Below, piece after piece: positions 9,524 through 18,739 of a DNA stretch of 64,000 nucleotides (the stretch's first letter is position 1; every line of letters starts with the position of its first letter). Under the pieces are notes generated by a model that had not been told where the DNA came from, did no database searches, and saw only the letters and a program-made list of their open reading frames with translations. The stretch comes from Deltaproteobacteria bacterium (GTDB lineage Bacteria > Desulfobacterota > Syntrophobacteria > BM002). Location of the stretch: the NCBI GenBank assembly GCA_037384945.1, contig JARRNM010000016.1, forward strand, positions 6,913 to 70,912, read 5' to 3'. The position numbers were made by a program, and so were the translations under genes.

Positions 9524-10342
9524 ATGACAAACTACTTTTTATCAATGAATTCTCTGGTGGTTCTGGAGAAAAATTTACCTAACCTGGCGCCGGTGGAGGC
9601 CCCAGAAGTTGCGAGTATGATCCGCGCTGCTCTGGGGGTCGTCATGCCACGAGGTATTACCAGAAAGCGTTACCAGAAAATTGCCGCTATGGCAAAGAAT
9701 TGGTTTCCCAATCTGGACGCCAAATATGACTATGCAGGAAAGACTAAACAAGCAGTGCTCTTTAAACGTATGCAAATACGCCACCCAAAAACCATTTTAT
9801 ATTCAAGGCCGCAAGTGTTACTGGATGTTGAGGGGAAGGGGCTGCCGCTGGACTATCCTTTTGTGCTCAAGGGAGATAATGGTGGTGGGGGCAGTACGGT
9901 TTTTCCTGTCTGCTGCTGGAAAGATTTGATAGCTGGACTCCACAGGCTGCCTGCAGAAGAACCTCTACTGATTCAGAACTGGGTTGACCATGGAGGTATG
10001 GATCTCAGGGTGGTGGTTATGGGTGCTAAAATGGTGAGCTATTTTCGCGTTGGTGGTGAGAACTTTTATAACAATGTGTGCCGGGGCGGACGCATGCAGC
10101 CGGAAATTTTCCCCGAGCTACAAGAACGCGGTATGGCTGCTGTGGCTAGATTTTGCCACCTCGCCCGGATTAATCTCGCCGGTTTCGATCTCATGTTTCC
10201 CGATGAAGGTCCGCCTGTATTTATCGAGATAAATTTCAATTTCGGCCGCAAAGGACTCGGCGGCACGCCAGGGTTCAGAAAACTGTTTAAGGAAGCAGTG
10301 GAGCTGTGGAAGGAAGGATTTGCCTACCCAACCTTGAGGTGA
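9524..10342 (+). CDS. ATP-grasp domain protein (RimK/glutathione-synthetase-like ligase)
   Basis: 272 aa. Contains FVLKGDNGGGGSTVF (glycine-rich ATP loop), DLRVVVMG and AGFDLMFPDEGPPVFIEINFNFG (typical ATP-grasp C-terminal Mg/ATP site). Confidence 0.7.
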   Translation: MTNYFLSMNSLVVLEKNLPNLAPVEAPEVASMIRAALGVVMPRGITRKRYQKIAAMAKNWFPNLDAKYDYAGKTKQAVLFKRMQIRHPKTILYSRPQVLLDVEGKGLPLDYPFVLKGDNGGGGSTVFPVCCWKDLIAGLHRLPAEEPLLIQNWVDHGGMDLRVVVMGAKMVSYFRVGGENFYNNVCRGGRMQPEIFPELQERGMAAVARFCHLARINLAGFDLMFPDEGPPVFIEINFNFGRKGLGGTPGFRKLFKEAVELWKEGFAYPTLR

Positions 10343-10438
10343 GATTAAATACTTGTTTTGGGATTTATGGTCCCACATCTCAGAACTCACAGCTCACATC
10401 CAGTCTTCAATTTGTTTTGGATTTCCGGCCGACCGCGG

Positions 10439-11386
10439 TCAGCCAGCTTCAATAGTGGTGCCGGCGCTCCCGTCCAAAAGTATTTCCGCATGTTCCTCCA
10501 CGTGCCCAACAATGACTCGCCCTCTAGGATTGGTCTCAAGGAACTGGAGTGCGGCCTCAGCCTTGGGGCCCATGGAACCGGGCGGAAACTCACCCTCAGA
10601 GAGCCACCTTTGAACTTGGGAAGACTTCATCCGGGCATGAAACAACATGGACGGTGTGCCGTAGCCGGTGAACACACCCTGCTCATTTGTGAGGATGAGG
10701 AAATCCTCTGCTGCCAGATCGCCGGCCAGCAAAGCAGAGGAGAGATCCTTGTCGAGAATTCCGTTAGCGATTTCCTTTCGGCCGTGATTGTCCAGAAATA
10801 CTGGTATGCCACCACCGCCAAGGGCCACCGGCACCTTCCCGTCCTCGATGACCTCCAGGATATCGGCAATATTCAAAACTTCTTTGGGCCGAGGAGAACC
10901 GATCAGTCTACGCTTGCCCTGGCCATAATCGGCAAAAAGGTATTCAGGGTGATATCGCGATTGCTCAGCTACCTGATTACCAGAGAGTTGCTGCCCTACA
11001 GGTTTGCTAGGATTGGTAAAGCCGGGATCATGGGGATCTACCTTGACCCAGGAGAGAACCGGTTCCATGGGTGGAAGACCCTGGAGATTGTTTTCTATTA
11101 TGAGTTCCTCATAGGCTCGAGTAATGGCAGAACTTATCTGAGAGGTAGTAACCAGGGTTACTACGCCAAAGGGGGTGCTGGGGATCATTTGCTCATAGAC
11201 CAGACCGGCCTGTGGTCCATTACCGTGGGTGATGACCACTTGGTAATGGTCTAACAAGGAGATGAGGTTCCAAAGAGTTCGTTTGGTGTGGATGAGCTGA
11301 GCGGTGAAAGACATCTCAGCGCCAACCGCTGAAGGGCAGATACCATTGCCACCGATGGCAACTACGATAATGGGTTTTGCCGTCAT
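10439..11386 (-). CDS. arcC: Carbamate kinase
   Basis: IVVAIGGNGI, VITHGNGPQAG and GGGGIPV motifs at about 315 aa. I took the ATG at 11386; the track start at 11395 is a TTG. Confidence 0.85.
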   Translation of the reverse strand: MTAKPIIVVAIGGNGICPSAVGAEMSFTAQLIHTKRTLWNLISLLDHYQVVITHGNGPQAGLVYEQMIPSTPFGVVTLVTTSQISSAITRAYEELIIENNLQGLPPMEPVLSWVKVDPHDPGFTNPSKPVGQQLSGNQVAEQSRYHPEYLFADYGQGKRRLIGSPRPKEVLNIADILEVIEDGKVPVALGGGGIPVFLDNHGRKEIANGILDKDLSSALLAGDLAAEDFLILTNEQGVFTGYGTPSMLFHARMKSSQVQRWLSEGEFPPGSMGPKAEAALQFLETNPRGRVIVGHVEEHAEILLDGSAGTTIEAG

Positions 11387-11543
11387 AATAAGCAAGTCAC
11401 AGGTTCATTTATTGTTTGAGATTACGAAAATTTTCTTCAGCCATAAATGATAAATGAACAAGCGGCCCCGATGTGACCTGGAGCAAGTGGTATAATAACA
11501 ACAATGCTTATTTTCCCCAATAGGTATCAAAGGAGTCAATGGG

Positions 11544-13208
11544 ATGAAGACGGAAAGCCAAAGTGATACCAACCGTCAAACCGCGATCCTCTCCGCTCTC
11601 GGCAACCCTGATTTCTACCCACATCCGGTTGGAACGATTCAGGTTGAAGAGACCCACATTTCAAGAGTCTTCCTGACCGGTGACTATGTCTACAAAATGA
11701 AAAAACCGGTGGATTTTGGCTTTTTGGACTATACAACTCTGGAAAAACGACACCATTTCTGCAAGCAGGAGGTCGTGCTCAATAACCGTCTAAGTGCAGA
11801 TGTATATCTAGGTGTGGTGTCCATTACCGAGGAGGCGGCAGGGTACGCCCTCAACGGTTTGGGTAAACCAGTGGAGTACGCGGTGAAAATGCGCCAACTT
11901 CCAAAAGAGAAAACGATGCTGCAACTTTTGCGACGGGGCGAATTGAGCCTGGACATGTTGGGGGATTTGGTCCAGATCCTGGTGCGGTTTTACGAAAAGA
12001 CCGACAAAGGGCCAGAGATTGACCACATGGGTTCCCGGGAGCTGATTTGGGTCAACATCGAAGAAGATTTCGTCCAGACCAGTCCTTTTGTTTCAACCAT
12101 CCTGGACAGGGAAAAATTTTCTGATTTGCACCTGCGGGTACGAACTTTTCTCAACTCCCAGGCGGAGATTTTTGACCGCCGGATAAAATCTGGATACATC
12201 CGGGACTGTCACGGTGATCTGCGCTTGGGCCACATATATTTTGCCGACTCTATATCCATTATCGACTGTATAGAGTTCAACGAAAGGTTTAGGTACGGTG
12301 ATTTGGCTTCTGACTTGGCTTTTCTGGGAATGGACCTAGACTATAATGGCTTTGCCCATATAGGACAAAAATTTTTCGCCGAGTATGCTCAGTCGGCGGA
12401 TGATCCCGAGATTTTCCTGATCCTTGATTTCTATAAGTGCTACAGGGCTCATGTACGCTGCAAAGTTGAGTGTCTGAGGTATGGGACAGGAGAACTTTCA
12501 GGACCAGAGGCGGCTTCAGTTAATGCGAGAGCGCAGAGCTATTTGGAGCTGGCCTGGAGGTATGCAGACACTTTTAGCCGTCAAACCATCTGGATCGTCT
12601 GCGGGCTGAGCGGCAGTGGGAAGAGTACTATAGCTGCAGATCTAGGACGGCTGATGAACCTGAAGTTTATTGGATCCGATGTCACCAGGAAAAGACTCTT
12701 TGGGCTTAGTCCCGAGCAGGAGGTGGTCAAACCCTTTGGTGAGTCGATTTACAGCCCAGCCGCCAGCGACAAGACCTACGAGCATTTGCTCCTTGAGGCA
12801 CGAAAAGAGATGTCCCGGGGCAGATCAGTTATTTTGGATGCCACTTTTGGCAGACACCGTTACAGGGTATTAGCTCGGAGGCTCGCCGAGGAAATGAAGG
12901 CAAATGTAATCTTCATAGAGTGCCGATGCGGACTCTCAGTGTTGCGCCAGAGGCTGACGGAGCGAAAAGAGCAAAAGTCAATATCAGATGCGCGGTTAGA
13001 ACATCTGGATGCTCAGAGCCAGGCATTTGAGCCCCTGGATGAATTGGGGGATGGCATCCATCTCCCCATCAACACCGAACAACCACTCCACCAGTGTGTA
13101 CACCAGATTTTGTCCAAGGGGTATGGGCTACGGAGTCAGCAAGGGGATGCCGCAAGGAAGGAAGCAGGCAACAGCCAGCAACTGTTTCAACCAGGCACTA
13201 AGAACTAA
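11544..13208 (+). CDS. Two-domain protein: aminoglycoside-phosphotransferase-like kinase fold plus a P-loop (AAA/adenylate-kinase-like) domain
   Basis: 554 aa. The N-terminal half has the APH-like catalytic segment CHGDLRLGHIY and DCIEFNERFRYGD. The C-terminal half has Walker A GLSGSGKST. Confidence 0.7.
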   Translation: MKTESQSDTNRQTAILSALGNPDFYPHPVGTIQVEETHISRVFLTGDYVYKMKKPVDFGFLDYTTLEKRHHFCKQEVVLNNRLSADVYLGVVSITEEAAGYALNGLGKPVEYAVKMRQLPKEKTMLQLLRRGELSLDMLGDLVQILVRFYEKTDKGPEIDHMGSRELIWVNIEEDFVQTSPFVSTILDREKFSDLHLRVRTFLNSQAEIFDRRIKSGYIRDCHGDLRLGHIYFADSISIIDCIEFNERFRYGDLASDLAFLGMDLDYNGFAHIGQKFFAEYAQSADDPEIFLILDFYKCYRAHVRCKVECLRYGTGELSGPEAASVNARAQSYLELAWRYADTFSRQTIWIVCGLSGSGKSTIAADLGRLMNLKFIGSDVTRKRLFGLSPEQEVVKPFGESIYSPAASDKTYEHLLLEARKEMSRGRSVILDATFGRHRYRVLARRLAEEMKANVIFIECRCGLSVLRQRLTERKEQKSISDARLEHLDAQSQAFEPLDELGDGIHLPINTEQPLHQCVHQILSKGYGLRSQQGDAARKEAGNSQQLFQPGTKN

Positions 13209-13495
13209 GCACTAGGCACCGTGGCAAGACAGGCAAAGCACGGAAGAGGCGAGACGGCACTTTCAGCTAGCAGCAGGCAGATAATACAGAAGTCGGAGAT
13301 CAGAGGTCAGACGACAGAGGACGGATGACAGATGACAGAAAGGAACTGATTTAGTCCAAGAGGAGCAGAATCTAGGATCACAGATTTTTATTTTCGAAAT
13401 TCGAAATTCGCATTTCGAAATGTGGACTCTGTGCTCTATGCTCCTTGCTCTATGCTTCCCAAATCCGCAATCCGAAATAATCCATCTCCATGTCT
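13209..13495. repeat. Single-phase array of about 41 drifting heptamers
   Basis: Parsed from the base after the stop codon: GCACTAG GCACCGT GGCAAGA CAGGCAA AGCACGG AAGAGGC GAGACGG ... TCGGAGA TCAGAGG TCAGACG ACAGAGG ACGGATG ACAGATG ACAGAAA ... TTTTCGA AATTCGA AATTCGC ATTTCGA ... GCTCTAT GCTCCTT GCTCTAT GCTTCCC AAATCCG CAATCCG. Confidence 0.9.
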
Positions 13496-13571
13496 TAGCC
13501 TAGAGCTACACCAAAAAATTCGAGAGCAAGGCTTGGTAGATATCGGTCCTCATCCGAGCAGTGCTGCCGTC

Positions 13572-13772
13572 TCAGCAAGTGGAGCACATGGGGCGCCTTG
13601 GTGTAGATGGTATCTTACTGCCCCCATTGTCAGGTGTTCCAACCGCAAAGGTTGACATGAGCTTCTTTACCTCTCCCTGACAGAGGGGACAGTTCACCTC
13701 AGTTTCCTGGTGCATCACCAGCTTGTCAAAGGTATAATTACAGCTATCGCAGCTATATTCGAAAATTGGCAT
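13572..13772 (-). CDS. FmdB-family zinc-ribbon protein
   Basis: MPIFEYSCDSCNYTFD..NCPLCQG is the canonical CxxC...CxxC FmdB N-terminus. 66 aa. Confidence 0.85.
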   Translation of the reverse strand: MPIFEYSCDSCNYTFDKLVMHQETEVNCPLCQGEVKKLMSTFAVGTPDNGGSKIPSTPRRPMCSTC

Positions 13773-13850
13773 TTTATTCCTCCATATTTGCTAGGATTTG
13801 CTTAAATATAATACCGGGATCACACTTCATCAAGAGCAGGTACTCTTGGT

Positions 13851-14030
13851 GCATGGAGCATTGAGTCAAACGAGACGGGCGAGACGGGAGGTCGGACGAG
13901 ACGAGGATATAGACGGGGAAGTCGGAACGGGGAACGTGGAATTATTTTCTGTGTTCAAAGCTAACGGTCTAAACCGGCTAACAGGCTAAGCTGCCGGCTA
14001 AATCTTCGCTACTGACTACCAGTTGCGTGT
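13851..14030. repeat. Short-period drifting repeats (7 nt, then about 9-10 nt) in a divergent spacer
   Basis: GCATGGA GCATTGA ... GAGACGG GCGAGAC GGGAGGT CGGACGA GACGAGG ... CGGGGAA GTCGGAA CGGGGAA CGTGGAA, then CTAACGGT CTAAACCGG CTAACAGG CTAAGCTGCCGG CTAAATC. Confidence 0.7.
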
Positions 14031-14066
14031 CCTTAAGAACCAGTGACTGGACGGGTTGAGTTTGCT

Positions 14067-14857
14067 ATGAAAATTGCAACCTGGAATGTGAACTCCATAA
14101 GGGTGAGGTTGCAAACGGTTTTGGACTGGATGACTCTGGAGCGGCCGGATGTTCTCTGCCTGCAGGAGATAAAGGTCACTAGTGAACTGTTTCCCGTCGA
14201 TTCTTTCGAGGCTCTAGGCTACCGGGTTGAGGCAAGTGGCCAAAAAACGCAAGTGGCCAAAAAACCTACAATGGGGTGGCCATAGTGAGCAAATATCACC
14301 TGAGTGAGGTGGAGAAAGAGCTGCCTGACTACGACGCCGAAAATCAGAAGAGAATAATCAGCGCAACCATAGGTGATGTGAGGGTAGTAAATGTCTATGT
14401 TCCCCATGGTGCGGCGGTTGGCTCAGCCAAATTTGCTTACAAACTGGGATTCATCAGGGAGCTACATAATTATCTGACAAAGCATCACAACCCCGCTGAA
14501 ATGCTAATTTTAACCGGGGATTTCAATGTGGCCCCGGAAGCCTGCGATGTTTACGATGTCCAAGAGATGGAAGGCGAAATCGGCTTTCATCCAGAGGAGC
14601 GCACCGCGCTGGCAGATTTGAAAGGTTGGGGTTTTGCTGATGTCTTCCGGCTACATCACCAGGAAGGTGGTCTATACAGTTGGTGGGACTATAGGGCTGG
14701 TGCCTTTCGCCGCAATATGGGCCTGAGGATCGACCACATCTGGGCTACGGAGCCACTTTCAGCACTTAGTTCAGAGAGCGGCATGGATAAAAGACAGCGT
14801 TCTTTGCCCAAGCCCTCAGACCACATTCCAGTCTGGGCCACCTTCGATCTCAGTTAG
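14067..14857 (+). pseudogene. xth: Exodeoxyribonuclease III disrupted by a 17-bp tandem duplication
   Basis: ORF 14043..14285 ([22 protein letters not shown]) and ORF 14276..14857 (..TGDFNVAP..RIDHIW..PSDHIPV) are the two halves of Xth. Removing one copy of GCAAGTGGCCAAAAAAC restores ..[18 protein letters not shown].. in a single 258-codon frame. Confidence 0.9.
14232..14265 (+). repeat. Perfect 17-bp direct tandem duplication inside xth
   Basis: GCAAGTGGCCAAAAAAC at 14232-14248 is repeated exactly at 14249-14265. Confidence 0.95.
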
Positions 14858-15249
14858 CATAGAGCATAGGGCATAGGGCAAAAAACAAGAAGTCAGAGAT
14901 CAGAGGTCAGAAGTCAGAGGTCGCAAATCAGAAAGACGGTAATTTCGGATTGTGAATTTAAAAAGGCATAGGGCCTGGAGCATGGCGTAAGGAGCCAGGA
15001 GCCAGAATTCAAGAGAAAAGGAATCAAGATTGACTTCATCTGAGCTGCCGCCTCTTTGAACCGCAGAATGTCGAACAAGGAATCTTGAATATCGAAGGGA
15101 TCACTTCATCATTCTGCGGTTCCTTGTTCTGCTGTTCGATATTCAGTACTTTGAAGCATCTGCCCTCTGACCTCCGACTTCTCAGCACCTTCGTGCCTAG
15201 TGCCTAGATGATACAGCTGCCAGTTGCGAGCTGTCAGTTGCTAGCTTTG
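14858..15249. repeat. Single-phase array of about 56 drifting heptamers filling a convergent spacer
   Basis: Parsed from the base after the xth stop: CATAGAG CATAGGG CATAGGG CAAAAAA CAAGAAG TCAGAGA TCAGAGG TCAGAAG TCAGAGG TCGCAAA TCAGAAA ... GGAGCCA GGAGCCA ... TCTGCCC TCTGACC TCCGACT TCTCAGC ... TGCCTAG TGCCTAG ... AGCTGCC AGTTGCG AGCTGTC AGTTGCT. TGCCTAG at 15194 is exactly 48x7 nt from 14858. Confidence 0.9.
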
Positions 15250-15289
15250 GTCTTCCCTTCGTAGGAATTACTGGCCTTGTCTACTGGAA

Positions 15290-15955
15290 CTAGAGCTTGG
15301 TGAAGAAAAGGAGCGTCCTCCCCCCTCGCCCCCGGGGGAGTTCCAGTGAGACCATTCGATGAAGTTCGAGACTTTCAGCCTGGGCGAAGTCCGCAAATCC
15401 GGAGTGCCCTGAGGCCCTTGCCGGGCCCAACATGGCGACAAGAGTACTACCAGGCGTCATTATTGGCGCAACAAGCTTAACCAATGGCTCCAGGCGGGTG
15501 AAAGCACGGGAGATGATAGTATTGAAAGGTAGGTCTGCGGGCTCCATGAGCTCAAAACGGCTGTGTTGCACAACAACTGACTCCAGCTTGAGGGTGCGTA
15601 TTATGTGCTTGAGAAATGAAACTTTTTTGCGGCTCGCCTCCACAAGCGTAATTTTAAGTTCGCCAGCAGCAATCTTTAAGGGAATCGAGGGGAATCCCGC
15701 TCCTGGCCCAAGGTCGAGCAGTCGCCCAGAAGGTTCAAGGTAGGGTAAGGGAGTGAGCGAATCCACGAAGTGTTTGATGACAATGTCTTCGGGATCTCTA
15801 ATCCCGGTGAGATTGAAAGTCTTGTTCCACTCCAAAAGCGTTTGCAAGTAGAGCTCAAAAAGCTCTATCTGTGAGTCTCGAAGGGAGACGCCCATCTCAT
15901 TCGACGTTTGGCGGAGCAACTCTCCGACGCCGGAAATGATCAATCTATCTTCCAA
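15290..15955 (-). CDS. rsmG: 16S rRNA (guanine527-N7)-methyltransferase RsmG (GidB)
   Basis: 221 aa. Contains WNKTFNLTGIRDPEDIVIKHFVDSL and LLDLGPGAGFPSIPLKI, typical of GidB. Confidence 0.9.
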   Translation of the reverse strand: MEDRLIISGVGELLRQTSNEMGVSLRDSQIELFELYLQTLLEWNKTFNLTGIRDPEDIVIKHFVDSLTPLPYLEPSGRLLDLGPGAGFPSIPLKIAAGELKITLVEASRKKVSFLKHIIRTLKLESVVVQHSRFELMEPADLPFNTIISRAFTRLEPLVKLVAPIMTPGSTLVAMLGPARASGHSGFADFAQAESLELHRMVSLELPRGRGGRTLLFFTKL

Positions 15956-16235
15956 CTAACCAAATCCTCACGGTTGCAAAATCAGTTCAATACTCAACCA
16001 TCATATTTGCCCTTGTCTCCCCGAGCATGTGCTGTTTTCCGAAAGGTGTAAGAGGTGTTGAGTTTGCGAAGTTTTTTCCCCGTGGCCTAAATCTCTAAAA
16101 CATTTTTAGGGATATTCCTGGGATCCATTTATATTGCCCTATGGCTAGCAATCTGGTAAAAAAGTATTTAAACGTCAAAAAGGAGACTACTCCGCGACGC
16201 AGGTAATATCAGGGTTTAAAATTAGGAGGTTTAAA

Positions 16236-16448
16236 GTGTCCAAGGCCAAAGAAATTCATGTGCGCTGCATGCGTTGCCGCGAATGGGTTCCTACTTCCGT
16301 TAGTTATAAAGGCAAGAAAGGCTTTGATCTGGATAAACTGGTTAAAAATAGGCCTCCTTGCCCAAAGTGCGGCGAGATGACCAGTTATAATAAAGAAAAT
16401 CTCTGTATCCGCGACGAAAGTGGCGATTTCGTCTGTATTGAAATGTAA
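16236..16448 (+). CDS. Small zinc-ribbon protein (hypothetical)
   Basis: 70 aa with a GTG start preceded by TAGGAGGT. It has CMRC...CPKC cysteine pairs. Confidence 0.5.
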   Translation: MSKAKEIHVRCMRCREWVPTSVSYKGKKGFDLDKLVKNRPPCPKCGEMTSYNKENLCIRDESGDFVCIEM

Positions 16449-16569
16449 TAAGTATCCATCTGCATGCTACTAAAGGTCTTTCTAACTCCTGCCATTCATC
16501 AGGCGCTTGCCGACAGGGCAAACCTGGGGGAGAACCCCGTGGTTTGAGCATTATGAGATTTTTTGTTTT

Positions 16570-17964
16570 TCACTTCCCCAAACAAAACTGACTGAAGATT
16601 TGATCCAGTAGATCCTCGGTGGTGGTCAAACCAATAATCTCTCCCAAGTGAGCCAAAGCCTCCTGTGTCTCCAGAGCAATCAGTTCGGCTGAAGATCTGC
16701 CGTCGAGAAGTTGCAATGCCCGATTCACCGCGTCCAGAGCGCCCTCGAGGCAGAGCTTATGGCGCAAGTTGGGGGCTACCACTGAGGTTTCCGTGTCAAG
16801 TCTCCGGCCGAGAATAGTATGGAAAACTGCATCCTTCAACTGTTCCATCCCGTCACCATGGAGGGCAGAGATTTCAGCTATTGTCTCAGTCGGGAAGCGC
16901 TCACTGATGGTGGTGAAATCAGGATGGGGATCGAGATCAATCTTGTTTAAAACTATCACTCTTGGCTTGCTGTCAATATCCTCATAGATCTGCAAATCCT
17001 CAGAGGTCAATGAGCCGCTTCGATCCAAGACCAAGAGCACCAGATCAGCTTGAGACAACCGCTCTCGCGTGAACTCCATACCCAGTTTTTCCACAAGATC
17101 TCCAGGTTGGCTCAACCCAGCAGTGTCCACCAGTCGAAGTGGAATTCCTCGGAGACTCAAGCTCTCTTCAATAACATCGCGAGTGGTGCCAGGAATGGGA
17201 GTAACCAGGGCACGGTTGGAGCGCAGCAGATTATTGAGCAGGCTGGATTTCCCCACGTTGGGCTTGCCGGCGATTATTACCGTCAGCCCTTCTCTCAAAA
17301 TACGTCCGTCCTCATAATCCCCCAGGAGTTTGGTTATGGGCTCTTTAACCTGCTGACGCACCGTCACGGCAAGGTCAGCCTCGGTAAGAATTTCTAGATC
17401 TTCCTCCGGAAAATCGATGGCTGCCTCCACCGTTGCCAGGATGTCAAGGAGATGGCTGCGCACCTCGGTAATTATGGTTTGCAGACTTCCCTTGAGGTGT
17501 TCGCTGGCAAGATGGAGGCTTCGTCTGGTTTTTGAGTTAACCAGATCCAAGACGGCCTCGGCCTGGGTCAAATCAATGCGCCCGTTCAGAAAGGCCCGCC
17601 GAGTGAACTCGCCTGGTTCAGCCAAACGAGCACCAGTTCGAATTACCAATTCCAGAATGCGGTTCAGTGCGGCGAGGCCGCTGTGGCAATTGATCTCGAC
17701 GACGTCTTCCCTAGTGTAGGTTGCCGGGCCGCGCATAAAGCATATGAGCACCTCGTCTACCGTCCTATGGGTTCCAGGCTCAATAATGTGACCATGATAG
17801 AGGTGGTGGGACTGGAGGATTTGCGGGGATCCGGAGAGGTGACACAGATGACGGCCCGCGGCCCAGGCCTCAGGGCCGCTAATCTTTATAATGCCGATAC
17901 CACCAGTTCCTATAGGGGTGGCTATGGCAGCAATGGTGTCCTGTAGAGGCTCACAGACTTTCAT
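16570..17964 (-). CDS. mnmE: tRNA modification GTPase MnmE (TrmE)
   Basis: 464 aa. G domain GKPNVGKSSLLN, DTAG and NKID, with the C-terminal FCLGK motif. Confidence 0.95.
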   Translation of the reverse strand: MKVCEPLQDTIAAIATPIGTGGIGIIKISGPEAWAAGRHLCHLSGSPQILQSHHLYHGHIIEPGTHRTVDEVLICFMRGPATYTREDVVEINCHSGLAALNRILELVIRTGARLAEPGEFTRRAFLNGRIDLTQAEAVLDLVNSKTRRSLHLASEHLKGSLQTIITEVRSHLLDILATVEAAIDFPEEDLEILTEADLAVTVRQQVKEPITKLLGDYEDGRILREGLTVIIAGKPNVGKSSLLNNLLRSNRALVTPIPGTTRDVIEESLSLRGIPLRLVDTAGLSQPGDLVEKLGMEFTRERLSQADLVLLVLDRSGSLTSEDLQIYEDIDSKPRVIVLNKIDLDPHPDFTTISERFPTETIAEISALHGDGMEQLKDAVFHTILGRRLDTETSVVAPNLRHKLCLEGALDAVNRALQLLDGRSSAELIALETQEALAHLGEIIGLTTTEDLLDQIFSQFCLGK

Positions 17965-18686
17965 TTCTCCTCGGAACCACTCTGCTCTGAGGAGGAACGA
18001 GTCGAGGAGTGGTGCCGGTTGCCCCGCTTTTTGGAATAAGTCTCTTTTTTCACCGGGAAGACTACAACTTTGCGCAAGGCCCCATCCCCCTTACTTTTGG
18101 TCCGCACTTCGTGATCGTCTTTAAGCGCTAGATGGATGATGCGGCGGTCGTAGGCGCTGAGAGGGCTGCTGGTTGCCGGCCTAGCAGATTTCTTAGCGCG
18201 GTTTGCCAGATTCACCGCAACTTCTGTGAGAGCCTTGCGTCTCCTTTCCCGATAATTTTCAGTATCTATGATGATGTGAACTCTTCTGGTTCCTCGCCGA
18301 TTAAACATCTTGTTAACTATATACTGCAAGGAGTGGAGAGTCTGGCCCCGCTTGCCTATGAGCAAGCCGGAGCCGTTGCTCGAGATGTCCAGTTTGATCC
18401 GATTTTCCACCCAATTAGCCTCCACGGTGGACGGAATCTGAAAGTGAGTCAGAATGTTCTCCAGTATCTCTTTGGCTTCTTCGAGCGAGGATAAATCACC
18501 GGATTCTTTTGGGGACACCAGAATTTTGGCGTTTCTCGTACCGATACCAAAAATCCCAGACGAGCCATGGGAGACGATTTCGATTTCGAGTTGATCTGCA
18601 GGAAGACTCAGACGTTGACAGGCCGTTTCGATGGCCTCTTCAACTGATTTTCCCTCGATTTCCATCGCAGACATGATTTCCTCCAT
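17961..18686 (-). CDS. jag: RNA-binding protein Jag/KhpB (KH plus R3H domains)
   Basis: 241 aa between yidC and mnmE. The R3H-like segment is LSAYDRRIIHLAL. Confidence 0.8.
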   Translation of the reverse strand: MEEIMSAMEIEGKSVEEAIETACQRLSLPADQLEIEIVSHGSSGIFGIGTRNAKILVSPKESGDLSSLEEAKEILENILTHFQIPSTVEANWVENRIKLDISSNGSGLLIGKRGQTLHSLQYIVNKMFNRRGTRRVHIIIDTENYRERRRKALTEVAVNLANRAKKSARPATSSPLSAYDRRIIHLALKDDHEVRTKSKGDGALRKVVVFPVKKETYSKKRGNRHHSSTRSSSEQSGSEEK

Positions 18687-18739
18687 AATTCAGAAAACGA
18701 TATGAACATAGTCTAAGCAGATGTCGATAATAGTCAGCC

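Noticed and set aside
10358-11254. 298-aa ORF on the plus strand
   Set aside because: It is entirely antisense to the well-supported carbamate kinase gene and reads as low-complexity sequence. It is a shadow ORF.
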